A model generated the notes under the pieces. It saw only the letters and a program-made list of their open reading frames with translations, ran no database searches and was not told the origin of the DNA. Made by a program: the position numbers and the translations under genes. From a virus (lineage: Duplodnaviria; Caudoviricetes): DNA of 64,000 bases. How positions within the stretch are numbered: the stretch's first letter is position 1; the number at the start of each line of letters is the position of its first letter. Positions 57,045 to 64,000 of this stretch are shown here, in pieces. The stretch is from the IMG/VR virus record IMGVR_UViG_3300045391_005020; one strand, 5' to 3'.

Positions 57045-58373
57045 GTCGTTACTTGCGGCAACAGCGGTTAGGACGGCTTCGTCCGCTCGGTTGCTTGGAT
57101 ATGCAGCGAAAGCCAGCTTGTAATGCAGATACAATCGCGAGAGCCCGAGATGCTCGGCGCGATCGATTGCGATCCCGGCCGACTTGACTGAATCGGCTGG
57201 TTTCATGATCGTGATGCGAACAATTCGAGCCCCGACCGGTTGCGCCTTCATCGACGCCTTCTCGTTCAGCTCGGACGCAGTATCTTCACCGAAGTCCAGA
57301 TTTGACACGTCGTTGTGTCCATCCAGTGAGGACATCTCGGGATCCTGTTCTTCCAGGAGTCCACTGAAGCCGCCCTGCACATCGGGTTCGCCGCACATGC
57401 AGGCCAACTTGGATTGGCCGACGATGATCTCGGTGAAATCCTGGAACGACAGCATGTGACCAGCGCGGTGAAGGGTGGTCAGCACCGCTTCAACTCCGTG
57501 CAAATCTGCTGCCTGCTTGATCTGTTTGACCGCGCGATCCGAAAGCTTCATCGGACCCGCGCCCGACACGGCCTTGCCGTGACCCGCGACGCGCTTCTCA
57601 ATTTCAGCCAACCGGACGAGGGTCGCCTTCTTGACCTGATCGTCGTCGAGCCCGTACGCCTCTGCCAATTCGTGGCCGCCAATCACGCCATTTTGTGACG
57701 CGACCTTGGCCAGCGCGTACCCGATCCTGTCGGCCGGCTTGTAGACCGTGCTGATGTCGAAGTACTTCGGGTTCGGATTCTGCATGTAGATCTGGCGACC
57801 GTCCGCCAGCACTTCACCCAGCTTGGTCTTGATGTGATCGCAGTGGTGGCGCGCGGTCGGGGCCTTATGGCCGCAATAGCTGCAAACGTCGTAGTCCTGC
57901 TTGGAACCCATCGAAACCGGAATGTCTTCACCCCGCGCGAACGCGTCGAGTTCTTCTGCGTACTTCGTGTTGTCGAGTGCGATCAGAAGTTCGATGCGGC
58001 GCATGTCCGGATTGTGGGCAGTCGCCAGCACTTCGCCGGTTTTCAGGATCGGCGAGTGGTTCTTGTGGTTCTTGAAAACGTGACCGTTTTCTTTGAATCC
58101 AGTATGGGCCGTGACATTGTCTTTTTCGCTGAAGCCGTCGCAGTTGCGGTTCGGGCCGTACGCTTCTTCGTCGCCGACCGCGAGCACGTGCAGAACCGAG
58201 TGGCCCTTCACGCCGCCTTCGTCGGCGATCTTCTGCAGAGTCTTGCTGAATAGTCCATCGGCCGCTCGCTTCTCGAGCCAGCCCGCGTCGACGCCGCGGC
58301 GATGCAGCGGAACCAACGCGACGTTAAGATCGTTGAAGTCGTACGAGTCGGTGAGGATCAGTTTGCGAATCAT
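57033..58373 (-). CDS. Putative prohead (capsid maturation) protease
   Basis: N.N.D.F, VF.NH.N (His), VSMG (Ser), CSYCG...C.H Zn site, FDIS.V..PAD; upstream of scaffold and MCP. Confidence 0.72.
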   Translation of the reverse strand: MIRKLILTDSYDFNDLNVALVPLHRRGVDAGWLEKRAADGLFSKTLQKIADEGGVKGHSVLHVLAVGDEEAYGPNRNCDGFSEKDNVTAHTGFKENGHVFKNHKNHSPILKTGEVLATAHNPDMRRIELLIALDNTKYAEELDAFARGEDIPVSMGSKQDYDVCSYCGHKAPTARHHCDHIKTKLGEVLADGRQIYMQNPNPKYFDISTVYKPADRIGYALAKVASQNGVIGGHELAEAYGLDDDQVKKATLVRLAEIEKRVAGHGKAVSGAGPMKLSDRAVKQIKQAADLHGVEAVLTTLHRAGHMLSFQDFTEIIVGQSKLACMCGEPDVQGGFSGLLEEQDPEMSSLDGHNDVSNLDFGEDTASELNEKASMKAQPVGARIVRITIMKPADSVKSAGIAIDRAEHLGLSRLYLHYKLAFAAYPSNRADEAVLTAVAASNDLRV

Positions 58374-59320
58374 GGGCGAGCGAGCTGTTCGGGCGGGAAG
58401 AATTTGTTGGCGGTGTACCCGAGCGCCGACCCGAGACCGAGCGATAGTCCCACACGGCCCTTGCTGGCAATCGGGTCGCGTGCAGCGCGAATGTCCGAGA
58501 AGCCCTTCTGGAGACGCGGGAGGGTTACATCAGAGCCGGTGCGCTTCTGCAGTTCTGCCTGAACTGCCGGGACGGTGTAGTCCCAGCCGCCGATGCGCTG
58601 CTTCGCGCCTGGGTTCTTGTTCGCCCAATCCAATGCCTTCAGCATCTGGTTGGTGTTCGGATTCTTGTAAGCCAGGTTCTTGGCCTGCGTGTACATCCGA
58701 TAGATAGCAGTCAGCGGGTCGAGACGCGCATTGCCGGTCATCGGATTTTCAGGCGTGCTGCCTGGCGCGTTGAGGTGATCCATGATCAACCTGCTGAGAT
58801 TCTCTTTACCACCGAGCGCGGTGTTGAGCTGACGGGCTGGCGCGACTGCAGGCGATTCGCCCGACGCCGGCGCGGTTGCGGTTGCGGCCTGCAGGGCGAC
58901 ATCATTCATGCCCTGCATGTTTCCGGTCATCTTCCGTGCCGAGTCGAAGAAATTCCGGACTAGCGGAAGTTTTGAAAGAAACGGAGCTGCGGTACCGGCG
59001 GAGAATCCGCCGAGACCAGCGAGATTTACCGGGCCATTTCTGGCCGCTTCGAGATTCGCTTCAGGAGTGCCCGGGGCCGGAGGCGGAGTAGTCTTGGGCA
59101 CGATGCCGGTAGCTTCCATCGCGGGACGCCAGTGCTTCCATCCGTAGTATCCGGCTGCACCAACGCCGCCCAGAATCCCGAGGGCCGCGAGCCACTTCTT
59201 CCAGTGCTCCTTCTTGGCCTGTTGGACTTCGGGATCGTTGTCGTTGTCGGTCGATTCGACGTCTTCGTCGAACATATCCGGCTGGATCACGTCTTCAGCG
59301 GCGAGCTTCTCGAAGGTCAC
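58370..59320 (-). CDS. Hypothetical protein with Gly-rich hydrophobic segments
   Basis: Acidic N-terminus, WLAALGILGGVGAAGYYGW and GLSLGLGSALGY segments. Confidence 0.65.
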   Translation of the reverse strand: MTFEKLAAEDVIQPDMFDEDVESTDNDNDPEVQQAKKEHWKKWLAALGILGGVGAAGYYGWKHWRPAMEATGIVPKTTPPPAPGTPEANLEAARNGPVNLAGLGGFSAGTAAPFLSKLPLVRNFFDSARKMTGNMQGMNDVALQAATATAPASGESPAVAPARQLNTALGGKENLSRLIMDHLNAPGSTPENPMTGNARLDPLTAIYRMYTQAKNLAYKNPNTNQMLKALDWANKNPGAKQRIGGWDYTVPAVQAELQKRTGSDVTLPRLQKGFSDIRAARDPIASKGRVGLSLGLGSALGYTANKFFPPEQLARP

Positions 59321-59321
59321 G

Positions 59322-60779
59322 TTAGACGTCTTTCTTGCCGCGGGCGCGAGCCAGCGTGTCGAACGGGAGTGAACCTTCGGAGGCGAGCGACTGACGCATC
59401 AGGCTCGACAGCTCAGCGGTGCTGAGATTCGGGTTCACGCCTTTGACCTTGTTGTATGCGCTGACGACATCCTGGATCGGATGTTCACGGATGTACGGGT
59501 CGGCTAGCAGTTCCTCGATATTGCCGCGCGAGTCGGCGTTCGAGATCTGCTGACGAATGCTAACCGGCAGCGCGGTTTCCTCGGTGAGGGGTTCCGGTTT
59601 ATCCTTGCTCGGATCAGCGACCGAACCGGCGGCGCCGCCGTACAGATCGATCTGATCGTTCGGATCCATGCCGGCGCCAGTCATTTTGTCCGGCAGGTTC
59701 GCGATATCGCCCGACAGAGCCTTGACGCCTTCCGCGGCGCTGCCCAACCCGAGACCGATCGTGACGGCAGTCTTGAGATATTCGTCGGCGTTTTCGAGAC
59801 CGGCGCGCAGCAGGTCGCGCGCAGCCAGCTTCTCGCCCGCGATCAGGTACGCGGCTTCAACGCTGTGCATCGCGTCGACTAGTGACTGTTCGCGCGGCGA
59901 CACATCATTGAGGCCGGCGAGCTTCTCGCCCGAGGCGCGCTTGTGGCCCAGACGATCGAGGCTGCCCGCTTCGAACAGCATCGCGATCGTTTCGTCGCTG
60001 ACGCCCGAGAGGATCGCGAGCTTTTCGATCCGATCGAAACGCGGGGAGTCGGTGCGGCGGAATTCATCCGCGAGCTTGAAGAGGCCGTCGAGTGCAATGT
60101 CGTAGGCCTTGGTGTAGGCCAGCGACGCTTCGTCGGCCGCGTGCTTGATCGCGGTGAGCTGATGAAACGGATTGCCGGTCGTGCGGCCTTCGCCCGAAAT
60201 GTCGACTTTGACTTGGTGATGATCGCCCACCGTGACCGCAACCTTGGTGGTCTTGTGGGTCAGCGGATCCGGTCCGCCGAGCGCGTTCTGGAATGCGGCG
60301 GCGTGGTCTTCCTTGTTGCCGGCCAGGTACGAACCCTTGTCGTGATTGGATTCCAGAGCGGCCTTACGACGACGCTTCAGCTTCGGAGCGTTGGTGACCG
60401 GCATGTCGAGCGCGGCAGCCAGCTTGGGCTCCATCGCGTCGGTCTTCTCGTTCTTCTCGGCGTCCTTCTCGTCCTTCTTGGCCGCGGCGTCTGAGGCCGG
60501 GTCGGCGTCGTAGAGGCGCTGGTTCACCACTTCGGCGTTGGTGATCGGGAAGGCTTTGTCCTTCTCGTTGGCGTCCGAGTTGGCCAGCACCGAGAGGGTC
60601 TTGGAGTTGTTGATCGCGTGGCTGACCCGGAGGACTTCGTTCGAGGTCAGTTCGCCGTCGCGGGCGACTTTCAGGAGGGCGGCGTTGGGGTCGATCCCGA
60701 TATTCATCAGACCGATCGCCTGCTCGGCGCACTTGATCAGGTGCTGGTGCCGATCATCGGACATCAATTGGAGTGACAT
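59322..60779 (-). CDS. Hypothetical head-module protein, K-x-A rich
   Basis: 485 aa helical; about 12 K-x-A motifs. Confidence 0.7.
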   Translation of the reverse strand: MSLQLMSDDRHQHLIKCAEQAIGLMNIGIDPNAALLKVARDGELTSNEVLRVSHAINNSKTLSVLANSDANEKDKAFPITNAEVVNQRLYDADPASDAAAKKDEKDAEKNEKTDAMEPKLAAALDMPVTNAPKLKRRRKAALESNHDKGSYLAGNKEDHAAAFQNALGGPDPLTHKTTKVAVTVGDHHQVKVDISGEGRTTGNPFHQLTAIKHAADEASLAYTKAYDIALDGLFKLADEFRRTDSPRFDRIEKLAILSGVSDETIAMLFEAGSLDRLGHKRASGEKLAGLNDVSPREQSLVDAMHSVEAAYLIAGEKLAARDLLRAGLENADEYLKTAVTIGLGLGSAAEGVKALSGDIANLPDKMTGAGMDPNDQIDLYGGAAGSVADPSKDKPEPLTEETALPVSIRQQISNADSRGNIEELLADPYIREHPIQDVVSAYNKVKGVNPNLSTAELSSLMRQSLASEGSLPFDTLARARGKKDV

Positions 60780-61584
60780 CTTTTACCTCTGGTGTAGCCA
60801 AGTAGTCCGCGGCCCGCGGTTCGATCGCAGGTAGTGTTAAATTACGTACATCGGTTGGGTCGGCAACTTTGAACGGAACGCTTCGGACGAATTCGGCCAG
60901 GACAGCCTGGCTGGATTCGTCGGCGCCGATGTTCTTGACGGTCTCTTTAATCTGGCGGTCAACGTCGATGAAGACCCGGAGGACCTCGATATCGACCTCT
61001 CCGCCATGGCCTGCCAGGCACATGGAGCTGATTAGGGACTGCTTCGCGACAATGTCCTTGATCCGCTCCGCCATCTTTTCCCGCAGAGCGGGATCCTGGT
61101 TGCCGGTGGCGTAAGCCTCGAAAATCTGGGGACCCGCCATCCAGGCCAGGCGATGGACCACGCCGGCCCTATCTCGCAGGTTCATAGGGCCGTACAGGCC
61201 GCCGTGGAATAGCTGGCCGACGATCCAGGCCGGAGCCTCAAGGCGGGGCCGGACGTCGAAAAAGAGATCGTGGTAGGCTTGGACGTCCGCCGGCGCGCAC
61301 GGCACCTTGGCGGCGAAATCCTCGTTCTTGGCGCCGGCGAGCAGCATGCCCTCAACGAACAACCGCTCTTCGAAGCGGTTCGGCTGGATGAATAGCTCGT
61401 AGGCTGCGGCCGTCGGGGTGTCGGGCCATGGTTCGCCGCGGTCGACCGCGCGCTTGAACCGGTAGGCGTCTACAGTGGCAGCGTCCGCGCCGCGGAGATG
61501 GTAAACCGCCTGGGAGTCAGTGTATTCAGCGACCTCGGACGCTTTGGCCCAACGCCAATCGAGACGGCCGGGGGCTAGGGACAC
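60754..61584 (-). CDS. Hypothetical phage protein
   Basis: 276 aa; DWRW and Y..LFFDV..RL motifs. Confidence 0.7.
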   Translation of the reverse strand: MSLAPGRLDWRWAKASEVAEYTDSQAVYHLRGADAATVDAYRFKRAVDRGEPWPDTPTAAAYELFIQPNRFEERLFVEGMLLAGAKNEDFAAKVPCAPADVQAYHDLFFDVRPRLEAPAWIVGQLFHGGLYGPMNLRDRAGVVHRLAWMAGPQIFEAYATGNQDPALREKMAERIKDIVAKQSLISSMCLAGHGGEVDIEVLRVFIDVDRQIKETVKNIGADESSQAVLAEFVRSVPFKVADPTDVRNLTLPAIEPRAADYLATPEVKDVTPIDVR

Positions 61585-61587
61585 GGA

Positions 61588-61791
61588 TTACTTCGCGGGA
61601 GTCGCAGCCGCGCGTTCGGTTTCCTGAATTTTCAGGGCGTGCGCGTGGAACTGAGCGAACTGCTCTTCATTCAAGCCCATGTCCTGGGCGGCTTTGATGA
61701 AGCCCAGCTCGTAGGCGTCATTGCGCTCGCGAGCGTCCTGCTCGGCGATCTTGGTCAACGCTTCTTGGTGGGCCTGCTTGGTGAACGACAT
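61588..61791 (-). CDS. Small head-module protein
   Basis: 67 aa with GAGGA SD; KQA, KIA, KAA motifs. Confidence 0.7.
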   Translation of the reverse strand: MSFTKQAHQEALTKIAEQDARERNDAYELGFIKAAQDMGLNEEQFAQFHAHALKIQETERAAATPAK

Positions 61792-61835
61792 ACAGATATC
61801 CTCGAGGTGGAAGCCGTTAGCTACGTAGGACTTTC

Positions 61836-61864
61836 ACTTTAGGGTCCAGATTGACCCCCAGCAA
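61836..61864 (-). promoter_or_regulatory. Putative promoter TTGCTG-N17-TAAAGT
   Basis: Spacer contains the GGGTC-N6-GACCC dyad; near-copy at 36030-36057. Confidence 0.65.
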
Positions 61865-61878
61865 GCCTATTGTAACGA

Positions 61879-63999
61879 TCAGCCCTGCATGGTGGCGTTG
61901 AGGCCGAGTCCGTAGAACTCGGGGTCGCCGGCCAGTGAGCGCTTCTTCATGAACAACACGAGCTCACCCAGGGACTCGAACGAGGCCTTGAGGTCGTCGG
62001 TGAATTCAACCAGGTCTTCCTTGCCGTACCGTTCGGTGAACTCGTCGTAGTGCCAGTGCAGGAGGAACAGGAGGCGGCCCAGGCGGTCCATGCCCGAAAC
62101 GATCGTCGGGAGGAATCGCTCGACCATGTCGGTCGGGTTATGGGTCTTGATCAGCGAGCTCAGGACCGAGGCGTCGAACACTTCCTTCTGGCCGGTCTGA
62201 CTGGCGCGCTGGACGGCTTGGCTGGTCGACTCGGTGTCGGTGTCGCCGTCATCAGAGCCGCCGAACGGCGAGTGGTACTGGTAGAACGCGCGGTTGTCTT
62301 CGCTGGGCTCACGCTCGACCCCGTAGGACGGGAACTTGGTCGTGTGATGGTTCGACATCAACCCGCCCTCGGTCTCGTCGGTGACTTCCGGGAACGGCAG
62401 AAGATTGGCGGCGTACTTGACTCGGTACTCGGTCGGGGCGTCCGCTTCCTTGATCAGGATCTTGGCGTCGTGTGCGGACAAGCCGTGCCGGCGCATCAAG
62501 TAGCTGAGGGCACCGACTTTGGTATATGAGTCAGAACCGTCGAGGTCCTTAATCCCGATCTCGTCGTTCATCTTCCACACTTTGATCGGCGACGCGGTCT
62601 TCTCGAGCTCGGTCAGGATCGTGTTGTGGTCGCCGAAGTCGGAGTGGTGCAGCTGCGATTCCGAGATCGGAGTCTTGTACGAGTAATCTTTCTCAGTGAA
62701 CCGGTTCAGCACGATGGCGCGGAAGCGTCGCTCGTTGACGACCAACTTCTCGGCCAGGTACCGGATCTGACCAGAGCCAGCTTCGGTGACGACAATTTCG
62801 CGCACTCGTTGGTCCGGAGCGCCGTAACGCCACGGCGCCGGGCCATTCAGGACCGACCATGGATGATTGCGTCCGCACCAGTCGCGGGTGATGTAGTACG
62901 ATCCGCGGACCTTGAGGGTCTTGATCTCGTTCACGCCGTCGACCGAGCTGTCGATCTCGAATCCGAGCGTGGAATCGCCGGTCTGATTGCAGAACACCAC
63001 GCAGTCGCCCGGACGGACTTTATCGGGCGAAACCGATTCATCGTCCAGGAGCTTGCGGAAATCCGCGCCGTCGTGTTGGCGCAGCGTGTAGATATGGCGA
63101 GTCGAGACCATGCCGTGACGGCCGCTCGACGGCTCGTACACCAGCATCTGGTCAGCGTCTTCCGCTTTGGTGCCGCTGATGCGGAGAATCAGGCATTCCG
63201 CGATCGAACCGTCGGCCATCAGGACATCGTAGAGTCCGCCCTGGGTTGGGTTCTGGAGAACTTGCGGGACGGTCGTGCGGTACACGATCGACTTGTTCAT
63301 CTCGGGACGCTTATCGACGACGGCGGTTCCGCCCGTGATCAGCTCTTCCTTCTGGGCATCGGTCAAATCCTTCGCACCATCCTGAGCGACCGAGCTGATG
63401 ATCGTGATGTCGTCTTCCTTCTTCTCGGCCGTCTTGGTCGGCACGTAGAAATCGACCAGGTTGTAGAACTGTTCGACGTACGAGGCGAGCTTGGGAAATT
63501 TCTGCAGGTCGCCGATGAAGCCGCGCGCGACTTCGGGACCGAACGATGCGATCGCATCCGGGAGCGACGGCAGATCCGGCTCCATCGTCATGTCCTGCAT
63601 CGAGTGGATCGCTTCACCGCTCTTCTGGAGATTGAGTCCGCCCTGTCCGCCGCCCGGAGGCAGCTGGCGCAGCTTCGAATAGTTCGGCTGACGAACACCC
63701 CGTTCTTGCTTGGACTTGGTGTCGACTTCGCCGAGTTGATTCGGACGACGATTGATGATCTGGTTGACCCAGTCTTCGGTGAGCGGGACGAACAGGTCGG
63801 AGTCGACGCTGTACAGGGCATCGAGGCCCTTGATCTCGCCGTTCATGAAGAACACGGGAGCGTAGTGCCACCCGTCGCCGATCTCGAACCCGAAGATACC
63901 GACCGCTTTGGAACCGTCGTCGTTCGACTTCACCAGCTGGAAGCCGACCAGATAGTCCAGGAGTGCCGGCGACTTATCGCGCAGACGGGCATTGGCCAA
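61879..63999 (-). CDS. Large hypothetical head-module protein, 5'-truncated by the window edge
   Basis: Open frame >706 aa running off the window; globular N-terminal part and helical C-terminus. Confidence 0.75.
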   Translation of the reverse strand: MANARLRDKSPALLDYLVGFQLVKSNDDGSKAVGIFGFEIGDGWHYAPVFFMNGEIKGLDALYSVDSDLFVPLTEDWVNQIINRRPNQLGEVDTKSKQERGVRQPNYSKLRQLPPGGGQGGLNLQKSGEAIHSMQDMTMEPDLPSLPDAIASFGPEVARGFIGDLQKFPKLASYVEQFYNLVDFYVPTKTAEKKEDDITIISSVAQDGAKDLTDAQKEELITGGTAVVDKRPEMNKSIVYRTTVPQVLQNPTQGGLYDVLMADGSIAECLILRISGTKAEDADQMLVYEPSSGRHGMVSTRHIYTLRQHDGADFRKLLDDESVSPDKVRPGDCVVFCNQTGDSTLGFEIDSSVDGVNEIKTLKVRGSYYITRDWCGRNHPWSVLNGPAPWRYGAPDQRVREIVVTEAGSGQIRYLAEKLVVNERRFRAIVLNRFTEKDYSYKTPISESQLHHSDFGDHNTILTELEKTASPIKVWKMNDEIGIKDLDGSDSYTKVGALSYLMRRHGLSAHDAKILIKEADAPTEYRVKYAANLLPFPEVTDETEGGLMSNHHTTKFPSYGVEREPSEDNRAFYQYHSPFGGSDDGDTDTESTSQAVQRASQTGQKEVFDASVLSSLIKTHNPTDMVERFLPTIVSGMDRLGRLLFLLHWHYDEFTERYGKEDLVEFTDDLKASFESLGELVLFMKKRSLAGDPEFYGLGLNATMQG

Positions 64000-64000
64000 G

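Larger units (their letters stand above)
1..64000. mobile_element. Segment of a large myovirus-type (contractile tail) phage genome, mainly the virion morphogenesis region
   Basis: Co-oriented, tightly coupled genes for capsid, protease, neck, sheath, tube, tape measure, baseplate and fibres over >55 kb; no host housekeeping genes; no integrase or att site seen. Confidence 0.93.

Noticed and set aside
55574-57187. 537-aa plus-strand ORF (similarly 41051-42583, 5270-6586, 24023-25108, 31413-32426)
   Set aside because: Antisense to well-supported genes; composition mirrors the sense codon bias; no independent signals
1-64000. Alternative genetic code (stop codon reassignment)
   Set aside because: Genes are long and tile the window under the standard bacterial code; TAA, TAG and TGA all occur as stops with coupled downstream starts
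1-64000. tRNA, rRNA or intron/intein elements
   Set aside because: Intergenic gaps are short with no cloverleaf or rRNA-like sequence seen, and no intein motifs were noticed; a covariance-model scan would be needed to exclude small RNAs fully

Overview
The window is a contiguous piece of a large, GC-rich (roughly 60-65% by eye) contractile-tailed phage genome. No host genes, rRNA, tRNA or CRISPR array were found. From right to left on the minus strand it holds a near-complete virion module. The head cluster has several helical proteins, a prohead protease, scaffold-like proteins, a decoration protein and a 311-aa HK97-type major capsid protein. Next come decoration/fibre genes with an Arc-like regulator, two long tail fibres with chaperones and duplicated tip domains, a permuted-papain enzyme and a long holin. 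These are followed by neck proteins, sheath, tube, spike, frameshift-type tail chaperones, tape measure, baseplate genes with an embedded sigma-70-family factor, and five tandem Cys-containing paralogues. The left 7 kb carries two HNH nucleases, a PyrE-like phosphoribosyltransferase with a remodelled catalytic loop, a primase-like protein lacking catalytic motifs, and two plus-strand genes. Portal and terminase were not recognised. The most striking unexplained signal is a strong enrichment of K-x-A tripeptides in head-module proteins and in one distant gene, but not in the tail sheath; this suggests a lineage-specific capsid maturation or cargo code. Other notable signals are a family of TTG-N16/17-TAnnnT promoters (several leaderless) and TTAGAGC boxes next to the Arc-like gene. 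All functional calls come from motif recognition and gene order, not database searches.
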